From Planctomycetota bacterium (GTDB taxonomy: Bacteria; Planctomycetota; Planctomycetia; Pirellulales; Lacipirellulaceae): a DNA stretch of 18,064 nucleotides. Shown here in pieces: positions 8,033-16,160 of this stretch. The position numbers and the translations under genes are program-made. Each line of letters begins with the position of its first letter. Position 1 is the first letter of the stretch. The stretch spans positions 1 through 18,064 of the forward strand of contig JBCCXZ010000067.1 in assembly GCA_039190745.1 (NCBI GenBank), written 5' to 3'. A model generated the notes under the pieces. It had not been told where the DNA came from, made no database searches, and saw nothing but the letters and a program-made list of their open reading frames with translations.

Positions 8033-9640
8033 ATGGAAATGGAAAAGCTGGTTTCCCTCTGCAAGCGGCGGGGGTTCTTGTTCCAGTCGAGCGAGATCTA
8101 CGGCGGCCTCAACGGCTTCTGGGACTACGGCCCGCTGGGCGTCGAGCTCAAACGCAACCTCAAAGACGCCTGGTGGCGAGACATGGTCACCGCCCACGAC
8201 GAGCTGACCGCCCCCGAGGGCGCCCCCGGCACGTTCGAGATGACCGGCCTCGACTGCACCATCATCATGCACCCCCAGGTGTGGAAGTGCAGCGGGCACT
8301 TCGACCTGTTCGTCGACGAGATGGTCGACTGCCGCCAGAGCAAGAAACGCTACCGCTACGACCAGGTCCGCGGCCGCTGGGCCGAGGCCAAAGGCGAAAA
8401 GATCTTCGTCACCACCGTCGCCGAAGACGAGCTGCCGGAGATCGAGCGGCGGGCCATGAAGTACTTCAAGCTCCGCGCCAAGGACGCCGACAAGCTCTCC
8501 TGGGACGGCGAGCTCACCACGCTCGACAAGATCGCGGTCGAGGACTTCGACCAGGCGCTCGCCCCCGAAGCCAAAGAACTCGGCACGTTCACCGAGCCGC
8601 GGGACTTCAACCTGATGTTCCCGACCACCATCGGCGCCCTGGCCGGTGAGGAAGGCCGCGCGTTCCTCCGCCCGGAGACGGCCCAGGGCATCTTCGTCAA
8701 CTTCAAGAACGTGGTCGACAGCACCCGCGTGCGGCTGCCGGTAGGCATCGCGCAGGTCGGCAAGAGCTTCCGCAACGAGATCACGCCGCGGAACTTCACC
8801 TTCCGCAGCCGCGAGTTCGAGCAGATGGAGATCGAGTTCTTCTGCCACCCCGACCAGTCGCAGGCCTGGTACAAGTACTGGCGCGACCGCCGGATGAAGT
8901 GGTGGCAAGACCTCGGGCTCGCCGGCGAGCGGCTCATCCTCCGCGACCACGACCCCGACGAGCTGAGCCACTACAGCACCGGCACCGCCGACATCGAGTA
9001 CGCCTTCCCCTTCCTCCCCGAGGGCGAGTACGGCGAGCTGGAGGGCATCGCCCACCGCGGCGACTTCGACCTCCGCAGCCACATGGAGGGCAAGCTTGAC
9101 CCCAAGAGCTGCCCGCTGGAAGTCGAGCAGGGCGAAGACGGCAAGCCGAAGCACCGCGGCAGCGGGCGCGACCTCACCTACCGCGACGACCTCACCAACG
9201 AGCGCTACACGCCGCACGTGATCGAGCCCTCCGCCGGGGCCGACCGCGGCGCACTGGCCGTGCTCTGCGAGGCCTACAACGAGGACACCGCCCCCGACGA
9301 CAAGGGCAAAGAACAGACGCGCGTGGTGATGAAGTTCCACCCCCGTTTGGCGCCGCTCAAGGCGGCCGTCTTCCCGCTGGTGAAGAAGGACGGCATGCCG
9401 GAGATCGCCCGCGACATCTACCGGGCGCTGAAGCAGAAGTTCCCCGCGTTCTATGACGAGAAGGGCGCCGTCGGCCGCCGCTACCGCCGCCAGGACGAAG
9501 CCGGCACGCCGTACTGCATCACCGTCGACGGCGACACGCTCACCGACCAGACCGTCACCGTCCGCGACCGCGACTCGCTCGAACAGCGGCGGGTGAAGCT
9601 GGACGACGTTGTGGCCGAGATCGAAAAGCGGGTCACTTGA
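8033..9640 (+). CDS. glyQS: Glycine--tRNA ligase, homodimeric alpha2 type
   Basis: EIYGGLNGFWDYGPLG, LRPETAQG, motif 2 FRNEITPRNFTFRSREFEQME, motif 3 IEPSAGADR, anticodon domain GRRYRRQDEAGTP. Confidence 0.97.
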   Translation: MEMEKLVSLCKRRGFLFQSSEIYGGLNGFWDYGPLGVELKRNLKDAWWRDMVTAHDELTAPEGAPGTFEMTGLDCTIIMHPQVWKCSGHFDLFVDEMVDCRQSKKRYRYDQVRGRWAEAKGEKIFVTTVAEDELPEIERRAMKYFKLRAKDADKLSWDGELTTLDKIAVEDFDQALAPEAKELGTFTEPRDFNLMFPTTIGALAGEEGRAFLRPETAQGIFVNFKNVVDSTRVRLPVGIAQVGKSFRNEITPRNFTFRSREFEQMEIEFFCHPDQSQAWYKYWRDRRMKWWQDLGLAGERLILRDHDPDELSHYSTGTADIEYAFPFLPEGEYGELEGIAHRGDFDLRSHMEGKLDPKSCPLEVEQGEDGKPKHRGSGRDLTYRDDLTNERYTPHVIEPSAGADRGALAVLCEAYNEDTAPDDKGKEQTRVVMKFHPRLAPLKAAVFPLVKKDGMPEIARDIYRALKQKFPAFYDEKGAVGRRYRRQDEAGTPYCITVDGDTLTDQTVTVRDRDSLEQRRVKLDDVVAEIEKRVT

Positions 9641-9660
9641 CCTGCCTACCGCCTAGCGGC

Positions 9661-9669
9661 TGCTATAAT
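9661..9669 (+). promoter_or_regulatory. Extended -10 promoter element TGnTATAAT
   Basis: Exact TGCTATAAT, 36 nt before ATG 9706; GGAG Shine-Dalgarno at 9695-9698. Confidence 0.7.
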
Positions 9670-9705
9670 GGGTCACGGTGGATCGGGACCTTCCGGAGAA
9701 AACGC

Positions 9706-9942
9706 ATGACCCATATCACAGTTGACTCTGCTACTGCCGCAATGTTCTCCAGCGTGAACGGTGCGGTCGAAATCCGGGATCCCGAGGGCAACCTTATGGG
9801 CGTGTATCGCCCGGCTCTGTCTTCGGATGTGGCCGCAGCCATTGCAAGCTGCCCCTTCACGGAAGAAGAACTGCGGAGGCGCGAGGAGAACAAGACCGGC
9901 CGGCCATTGAAGGACATCCTGGAAGACCTGAGGGCGATGTGA
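9706..9942 (+). CDS. Small hypothetical protein, putative antitoxin
   Basis: 78 aa; C-terminus TEEELRRREENKTGRPLKDILEDLRAM resembles antitoxin tails; its stop overlaps the next start (GTGA). Confidence 0.6.
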   Translation: MTHITVDSATAAMFSSVNGAVEIRDPEGNLMGVYRPALSSDVAAAIASCPFTEEELRRREENKTGRPLKDILEDLRAM

Positions 9943-10196
9943 AATACACCGTCCTTTGGAGCAAGGAAGCCGAGGCAAACCTCGCGGCTATCTGGCTTGC
10001 CAGTGAGAACCGTGAGGAAGTCGCCAGAGCGGTTGATGAACTCGATCGTTTTCTCCATTCGGTAGGACATTCCCTCGGCGAATCTCGCGGGGGAGAACGG
10101 AGGATCGCGTTTCAAGGTCCGATTGGAATTACCTTCAAGGTCAGCAACGAAGACAGATTCGTCCTTGTCTCTTCTGTGTGGGCCCCGAAACGCTGA
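9939..10196 (+). CDS. Putative RelE/ParE-superfamily toxin
   Basis: 85 aa with a RelE/ParE-like layout: MKYTVLWSKEAEANLAAIW, a helix, then GESRGGERRIAF and the strands ITFKV..DRFVLVSSVW. Confidence 0.65.
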   Translation: MKYTVLWSKEAEANLAAIWLASENREEVARAVDELDRFLHSVGHSLGESRGGERRIAFQGPIGITFKVSNEDRFVLVSSVWAPKR

Positions 10197-10221
10197 ACAG
10201 CCCATGTGCCTAGCACACGAG

Positions 10222-10905
10222 ATGTCGAAAGACCGCCCGTCCTCCGCTACCGTCGACACCGACCGCCAGCGCCGCTGCGGCTTCCCCGAGGTGATCTACG
10301 GCGAGGGCAAGCCGGTGGAGTCGATCGTCGAGATCGCCCGCGCATTGCTGGCCAAGAACCAGCGCGTGCTGGCCACGCGCATCGGCGCAGCTGTTGCTGA
10401 AGCGGTCCGGGAGCAGATTTCGGCTGCCCGGTACAACCCGGTCGCACGCACCCTGCGGGCCGACCCAGAGGGCCTCGCCGAGAAACCGCTCGTCGGCAAG
10501 ATCGCCGTCATCACCGCCGGCACTACTGATGCGCCGGTCGCCGAGGAAGCGATCGAAACCCTCCACTGGATGGGCGTCGGCACGGTCTCGGTGCGCGACG
10601 TGGGCGTCGCCGGGCCGCACCGGCTCCCCGCGCGGCTGGCGGAATTCGCCGACGCCGACGCGTTGGTCGTCGTCGCCGGCATGGAGGGGGCCCTGCCGAG
10701 CGTGGTGGGCGGCTACGTCCCCTGCCCCATCTTCGCCGTGCCCACCAGCGTCGGCTACGGCGCCAACTTCAACGGCCTCGCCGCGCTGCTCTCGATGCTC
10801 AACAGCTGCGCCAGCAACGTGGCGGTCGTGAACATCGATGCGGGCTTCCGCGCCGGGTACCTCGCCGGGATGGTCGCCACACGGCTGCACGCGCCCCGGG
10901 AGTAA
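10222..10905 (+). CDS. larB: Nickel-pincer cofactor biosynthesis protein LarB (PurE-like)
   Basis: RRCGFPEVIYGEGK, TAGTTD, DVGVAG, AGMEGALPSVV, PTSVGYG, LSMLNSC, VVNID. An alternative ATG lies at 10204. Confidence 0.92.
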   Translation: MSKDRPSSATVDTDRQRRCGFPEVIYGEGKPVESIVEIARALLAKNQRVLATRIGAAVAEAVREQISAARYNPVARTLRADPEGLAEKPLVGKIAVITAGTTDAPVAEEAIETLHWMGVGTVSVRDVGVAGPHRLPARLAEFADADALVVVAGMEGALPSVVGGYVPCPIFAVPTSVGYGANFNGLAALLSMLNSCASNVAVVNIDAGFRAGYLAGMVATRLHAPRE

Positions 10906-10911
10906 CGTGCG

Positions 10912-11787
10912 ATGCCGGACGACCGTTCCGCCGAGCAGCTCTCCCAAGTCCCGCCGCGGAAGGCCGACAGCCACAAGGGCGACTACGGCCGGGTGCTGGT
11001 GATCGGCGGCTCGCGCGGCATGGCCGGCGCCCCGGCACTCGCAGGAATGTCGGCGTTGCGGTCCGGCTCCGGGTTGGTTGCAGTGGCAACGCCCGCTGTG
11101 GTGCAACCGATCGTTGCTTCCTTCGAACCGAGCTACACCACCCACGCACTCGGCGACGATCGAGCAACGTACCTCACGGCCGATCACTACAACGAGCTGC
11201 TGAAGATCGCCGAAGGCTGCGACGTCGTCGCCATCGGGCCCGGCCTCGGCGCCAAGCACGCTACCGCCCGGCTTGTCCATCGGCTCTACCGCCGTTTGGC
11301 GAAACCGATAGTCGTCGACGCCGACGCCCTCAATGCAATCAGCGAACTGCCCGAATGCATTGCCGCCCCCGGCGGGCCGCGGGTACTCACTCCCCACCCC
11401 GGTGAGTTCGCCCGGCTGCACGGCCCGCCTGGCAAAACCGACGAAGAGCGCTCAGAAACCGCCGCGGAGTTGGCCGCGCGTGACGGCTCGCGTCAAACGG
11501 TAGTGGTGCTCAAAGGCAACCGTACCGTGATCACCGACGGCCACGATTATTGGATCAACCAAACCGGCAACCCCGGCATGGCCACCGGCGGCAGCGGCGA
11601 TTGCCTCACCGGAGTGATCGCCTCACTCATCGGCCAGGGGCTCTCGCCGCTCGAAGCCGCACGCCTCGGCGCCCATGCCCACGGCCTGGCGGGGGACCTG
11701 GCCGCCGACGAACTCAGCCAAGCGGTGCTCACCGCCAGCGACCTACCCCGCTTCCTGGGGCAGGCCTTTCGGGGCCTCAGCGGCTGA
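10912..11787 (+). CDS. nnrD: NAD(P)H-hydrate dehydratase, stand-alone YjeF-C
   Basis: DSHKGDYGRVLVIGGS..MAGA, IGPGLG, VVDADAL, LTPHPGEF, VLKG, GMATGGSGDCLTG. Confidence 0.95.
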   Translation: MPDDRSAEQLSQVPPRKADSHKGDYGRVLVIGGSRGMAGAPALAGMSALRSGSGLVAVATPAVVQPIVASFEPSYTTHALGDDRATYLTADHYNELLKIAEGCDVVAIGPGLGAKHATARLVHRLYRRLAKPIVVDADALNAISELPECIAAPGGPRVLTPHPGEFARLHGPPGKTDEERSETAAELAARDGSRQTVVVLKGNRTVITDGHDYWINQTGNPGMATGGSGDCLTGVIASLIGQGLSPLEAARLGAHAHGLAGDLAADELSQAVLTASDLPRFLGQAFRGLSG

Positions 11788-13383
11788 CGCCTGCTTGCGG
11801 CCGTTCTGAGAAACCGCCCCCGCGGCGCCCGCCCACTTCACGGTGATCTCCGCCCCAAACACCTTCTCGAACAAACCGGCCCGTCGGAGTGTCGCCCAGA
11901 TATTCACTTCCGGGTGGTAATCGCAGTCGATCACCAGCTCGACGTGCTTCCGGTCGCCTTTCACTTCGACGCCCTTCACGGCCTGGTTGTGCGTGCGCTC
12001 CAGCCCGCCCGCCAGCCTCAGCACCGCAGACATCGCCTCGACGCGGGCCTGGTCGTCGCGGCTCAGGCTGGAAAAGTTCGCGTGCTTCCGCTTGGGATCC
12101 GCCCCGCGGTGGTAGCGGGCCACGTTCGCGACGATCTCCAGCTCCCCCGGCGTGAACCCGGTCAACCGGCTATGCAGGATTAAATGGTACGAGTGCTTGT
12201 GGTGACCCTCGTAGTTGATGAGGTACCCGACGTCCTGCAACTGCGCTGCCGCGGCCAAGAGGCCGGCGTCTTCGCGCCGCAAGTCGAAGAGCCCGCAGAG
12301 CCCCTCGTAAACCTGCCGGGCCAAGAACGCCACGTGCTTGCCGTGGGTAAGCTCCACGCCGCACGCCTGAGCAAACCGCTCGATCTCCGCCTGCTGGTCG
12401 GGCCGCGCCGAACGGCCGCCGCCCTGCAGTTTATCGATCATCGAGAAGAGCAGCCCGTCGCGCACTCCGTGGGCGTGCACCTGCAGCACGTTCACACGAA
12501 ACCGCTGCATCACCCGATCGATCACCGCCAGCCCCGGCACGATGATGTCGGCCCGATCGGGGTTGATGCCCGGCACCTCGCGTCGTTGCTTGGGCGACAT
12601 CTTCCGCAGCCGGTCGATGAGGTGACGCAGCTCGGCCCGCGACACCCGGCAGCCGGCCACGGGCAGGTTGCCCTGGTTGCGGGCCGCCTGGATCATCGAC
12701 CCCAGGCTCGTGAACGTGCCGCCCGAGCCGATCAGCAGGTGCAGCGGCGCCGCCGGCTTCTCGGTTACGCGGCGCAGCTCGCGGCCGATCCACTTCGTCA
12801 ATTTTTCGTAATCGTTCCCGGCGAGCGCCTGCCCGCCGCCGAACCGCTCGCTCAAACGCACCGCCCCGAGCTGCGTGCCGTAGATCGCTTCGATCAGCTC
12901 GCCCGAGGCGAGCACCAGCTCGGTACTGCCGCCGCCGATGTCGGCTACGATCGTATTCTTCCCCGCCAGGTCGAACCGCCGCCGCACGCTCAGGAACGCG
13001 AGGTGCGCCTCCTTGTTGGCGGTGATCACCTCGATCTCCAGCCCGAGTTGCTCTCGGACGTCGTCGCAGAAATCGGCGCCGTTGGTCGCCTCGCGTACTG
13101 CGCAAGTGGCGATGGCGCGCACGTGGTCGACACGGCGCCCCTCGATGATCGACTGGAACCGCCGCAGCGCATCCATGGTCTCGTCGATCGACTGCTGGTC
13201 CAAGTCGCCGGTCGAAGCGAGCGTCCGCCCCAGCCGCGTCGAGACGCGTTCCTCGTCCAGTATGCGGTAGCGGCCGTTGGGCATCGCCTCGGCCACCACC
13301 AAACGGACGCTGTTGCTGCCCAAATCGATCGCCGCCAGCCGCGGGGCGATCTCGGGGCTGATGAATCGTTGTTGCTCGCTCAT
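11743..13383 (-). CDS. ppx: Ppx/GppA family exopolyphosphatase / pppGpp phosphohydrolase, long form
   Basis: AAIDLGSNSVRL, ATCAVREATN, DIGGGSTE, GSGGT, RADII, GVRDG, and a C-terminal HD-like domain (HHKHSYHLI, ARYHR). Confidence 0.93.
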   Translation of the reverse strand: MSEQQRFISPEIAPRLAAIDLGSNSVRLVVAEAMPNGRYRILDEERVSTRLGRTLASTGDLDQQSIDETMDALRRFQSIIEGRRVDHVRAIATCAVREATNGADFCDDVREQLGLEIEVITANKEAHLAFLSVRRRFDLAGKNTIVADIGGGSTELVLASGELIEAIYGTQLGAVRLSERFGGGQALAGNDYEKLTKWIGRELRRVTEKPAAPLHLLIGSGGTFTSLGSMIQAARNQGNLPVAGCRVSRAELRHLIDRLRKMSPKQRREVPGINPDRADIIVPGLAVIDRVMQRFRVNVLQVHAHGVRDGLLFSMIDKLQGGGRSARPDQQAEIERFAQACGVELTHGKHVAFLARQVYEGLCGLFDLRREDAGLLAAAAQLQDVGYLINYEGHHKHSYHLILHSRLTGFTPGELEIVANVARYHRGADPKRKHANFSSLSRDDQARVEAMSAVLRLAGGLERTHNQAVKGVEVKGDRKHVELVIDCDYHPEVNIWATLRRAGLFEKVFGAEITVKWAGAAGAVSQNGRKQASAAEAPKGLPQEAG

Positions 13384-13451
13384 AACTCTCCGCTTGCGGC
13401 CACGCGCTTGTCCATGACTTCTCGGTCAACGGCCCGTCAGCCTCTGGTCAC

Positions 13452-13460
13452 AGCATAGCA
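13452..13460 (-). promoter_or_regulatory. Putative extended -10 for ppx
   Basis: Minus strand TG-C-TATGCT about 70 nt upstream of the ppx ATG. Confidence 0.4.
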
Positions 13461-13478
13461 GACGCCCGACGCCTGTCG

Positions 13479-13507
13479 TTGACCGCCCCCGCGCGTTGCC
13501 GGATAAT
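13479..13507 (+). promoter_or_regulatory. Sigma70-type promoter for ribF-nrnA
   Basis: TTGACC (13479-13484), 17 nt spacer, GATAAT (13502-13507). Confidence 0.6.
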
Positions 13508-13561
13508 GATGGTTTATGTCGGCCGACCCGCCCGCGCCGACGCCAACGAAGGTGGTGCGCG

Positions 13562-14512
13562 TTGCCGATCGTTCGAGACCTCTCAGCGCTGCCCGACTCA
13601 GCCCGCGGCGGCGCGGTCGCCATAGGCAACTTCGACGGCGTCCACCGAGGCCACGCCCGCATCGTCCGCAAGCTGCTCGAGCGCGCCGGCGAATTCAACG
13701 GCCCCGCGGTGGTGTTTACGTTCGACCCCCACCCGGTTCGGCTGCTGCGGCCCGAGCAGTGCCCCCCGCCGCTCACCTGGACCGAACGCAAGGCCCAGCT
13801 GCTCGCCGGCTTCGGCGTCCACAAGCTCGTCGCCTACCCCACCGACCGCGAGCTGCTCGGCCTCTCCGCGGAAGACTTCTTCAAGCGGATCGTGGTCGAA
13901 GCCCTGCAGGCCCGCGCGATGGTCGAGGGCCCTAATTTCTACTTCGGCCGCAACCGCCAAGGCGACGTCAACACGCTACGCGACCTCACCGAAGCCCACG
14001 GCATGACCCTCGACATCGTCACGCCCATCGAGAGCAGCGGCGAACTCGTTAGCAGCTCCCGCATCCGCAAGGCGATCGCCACGGGCGACGTGGCCGACGC
14101 CGCCGAGATGCTCACCGCCCCCTACCGCATCCGCGGGCTCGTCACGCACGGCGTCGGCCGGGGGGCCAAGATCGGCTTCCCCACAGCCAACCTCGCCGGC
14201 ATCGACACGCTGCTCCCCGCCCCCGGCGTCTACGCCGGACGCGCCTGGCACAACGGCATCTCCCACGCCGCGGCGATCCACCTCGGCGGCAACCCCACCT
14301 TCGACGAACCAGAGCAAAAGGTCGAGGTGCACCTTATTGGCCGCGAGGAAACGCTCTACGGAGAAACCCTTGAAGTTGAGTTCCTGCATCGACTCCGCGG
14401 AGTCGAGCCGTTCCCGAGCAAAGACGCGCTCGTCGCGCAACTCCGCGAAGACGTAGCCGAAGCGAAGCGTATCGCGCTCGCCCCAACAACCAACCGCCAA
14501 GACGAAGACTGA
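13562..14512 (+). CDS. ribF: Bifunctional riboflavin kinase / FAD synthetase
   Basis: IGNFDGVHRGH, TFDPHP, VSSSRIR, GFPTANL, GVYA, PTF, EVHL. TTG start at 13562 chosen for the AAGGTGG upstream. Confidence 0.96.
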   Translation: MPIVRDLSALPDSARGGAVAIGNFDGVHRGHARIVRKLLERAGEFNGPAVVFTFDPHPVRLLRPEQCPPPLTWTERKAQLLAGFGVHKLVAYPTDRELLGLSAEDFFKRIVVEALQARAMVEGPNFYFGRNRQGDVNTLRDLTEAHGMTLDIVTPIESSGELVSSSRIRKAIATGDVADAAEMLTAPYRIRGLVTHGVGRGAKIGFPTANLAGIDTLLPAPGVYAGRAWHNGISHAAAIHLGGNPTFDEPEQKVEVHLIGREETLYGETLEVEFLHRLRGVEPFPSKDALVAQLREDVAEAKRIALAPTTNRQDED

Positions 14513-14535
14513 CGCCCAACGGAAGGAAACCGCTC

Positions 14536-15522
14536 TTGTCCTCCATCGACTGGAATCCCATCGAGCCACTCATCGAGGCCGCCCGCGTCTGCGTGATCTC
14601 CAGCCACATGCGCGCCGACTGCGACGCGCTCGGCAGCGAGTTGGCCCTGGCGGCGTTGCTCCGCTCACTCGGCAAGCAGACGCTCATCGTCAACGGCGAC
14701 GGCGTCCCCGAGCACATCGGCTTCATGGACCCCGACGGCCAAGTCCGCGTCCTGGGCGAGACCATCCAACCCGAAGAGGTCCAAGGGGCCGACACGTTCT
14801 TCGTGGTCGACACCAGCGCCTGGGGCCAGCTCGGCCCGATGGCCGACCTGCTGCGGGAGTTCACCGGCACGAAGGTGCTGATCGACCACCACGTCAGCTC
14901 CGACGACCTCGGCGTGCAGGTCTTTAAAGACTCGTCCGCCGAAGCCACGGGGAGGCTGATCCTCGAACTCGCCGAGCACCTCGGCGTGGAGATCGACACA
15001 CAAACAGCGAAGCTCGTCTTCACCGCAATCGCCACCGACACCGGCTGGTTCCGCTTCCCGTCGGTCACCGGCACGACCTTCCGCGCACTCGCCCGCCTGG
15101 TCGACGGCGGCGCCTCCCCCCCCGATGTCTTCTCGGCGCTGTACGAAAAACACTCGCTCGCCCGGCTCCACCTCCGGGGGCGCATCCTCTCGCACATCGA
15201 GTCGCACGCCGGTGGGCGGCTCTTCACCAGCGCCGTCTCACAGCAAGACTTCCAAGAAACGCACTCCGCGACCACCGACACCGAAGACGCCATCAACTCC
15301 CTGCTGTCGATCGACGGCTCCCGGGTCGCGGCGCTGTTCGTTGAGCTGCCCGACGGGCAGACCAAAGTCAGCCTCCGCAGCCGCGGGGGCTTCGACGTCA
15401 GCGCGGTCGCCGAGCAGTTCGGCGGCGGCGGCCACCGCGCCGCCTCGGGAATCCGCGTAAGCGAACCTTTGGCGGAAGCACAGCGGATGATTCTTGACGC
15501 ACTGCTCAGGGCGTTGGGATAA
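14536..15522 (+). CDS. nrnA: DHH/DHHA1 phosphoesterase (NrnA-like nanoRNase / pAp phosphatase)
   Basis: HMRADCDALGS, VVDT, IDHH, TDTGWFRF, KVSLRS, GGGGHRAASG. Confidence 0.92.
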   Translation: MSSIDWNPIEPLIEAARVCVISSHMRADCDALGSELALAALLRSLGKQTLIVNGDGVPEHIGFMDPDGQVRVLGETIQPEEVQGADTFFVVDTSAWGQLGPMADLLREFTGTKVLIDHHVSSDDLGVQVFKDSSAEATGRLILELAEHLGVEIDTQTAKLVFTAIATDTGWFRFPSVTGTTFRALARLVDGGASPPDVFSALYEKHSLARLHLRGRILSHIESHAGGRLFTSAVSQQDFQETHSATTDTEDAINSLLSIDGSRVAALFVELPDGQTKVSLRSRGGFDVSAVAEQFGGGGHRAASGIRVSEPLAEAQRMILDALLRALG

Positions 15523-15578
15523 TCGGTACTAGCCGCGCAGGACCGCGCGGCCCAACGTCCGCGTGAGGAGGTAACGGC

Positions 15579-16160
15579 ATGAGCGGCCCATCGATCGAGA
15601 GCCCGACCGGAGGTCCGCCCCGGCGGGGGTTCCTCACCGCGGCGGCCGCCGTCGGCGCCGGCGCCGTCGCGCTGCTCACCCCGCTCGCCAGCGGGATCGC
15701 GGTCTTCCTCGCGCCGCTCTGGAAACGGGCCAAGAGCCCGTCGGTCCCCGTCGCGCTGCTCACGCAGGTGCCCGACGACGGCGTCCCCCGCGCCTTCACC
15801 GTGCTCGCCGACAAGGTCGACCACTGGAACGGCTACACCAACCAGCGGCTCGGGGCTGTCTACCTCGTCCGGCAACCCGGCGAGGAGAAGCCGCTCGCCC
15901 TCTCGGCAAAGTGCCCGCACGCAGGGTGCTTCGTCGGCTACACGCCGGGCGACACGCTGTTCATGTGCCCCTGCCACACCAGCTCGTTCGAACTCGACGG
16001 CGCCCGCAGCCGCGGCGACCAAGAGGTCTCCCCCCGCGATATGGACCCCCTGCCGGTTGAGCTGAAGCCGGTAGAAGGCTCCGCTGACGGGGTCCTCCAG
16101 GTGTGGGTCGAATACATCGACTACCAGACCGGCCACGCCGAGAGGATCGCCGGGGCATGA
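15579..16160 (+). CDS. Rieske [2Fe-2S] subunit of a quinol:cytochrome c oxidoreductase
   Basis: Tat motif PRRGFL plus TM helix; boxes CPHAGC and CPCHTSSF; GAGGAGG SD; ATGA overlap with cytochrome b. Confidence 0.95.
   Translation: MSGPSIESPTGGPPRRGFLTAAAAVGAGAVALLTPLASGIAVFLAPLWKRAKSPSVPVALLTQVPDDGVPRAFTVLADKVDHWNGYTNQRLGAVYLVRQPGEEKPLALSAKCPHAGCFVGYTPGDTLFMCPCHTSSFELDGARSRGDQEVSPRDMDPLPVELKPVEGSADGVLQVWVEYIDYQTGHAERIAGA

Noticed and set aside
7490..9340. 616-aa minus-strand ORF (likewise 3079..4548, 10210..11421, 12184..13458, 14334..16136, 16121..17536)
   Set aside because: Antisense shadows of well-supported genes. High GC3 suppresses stops on the opposite strand, and they carry no family motifs.
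9637..9642. TTGACC as the -35 of the TA-like promoter
   Set aside because: The 21-nt spacing to TATAAT is too long; the extended -10 suffices.
13384..13561. FMN riboswitch before ribF
   Set aside because: No RFN consensus; the region is explained by divergent promoters.
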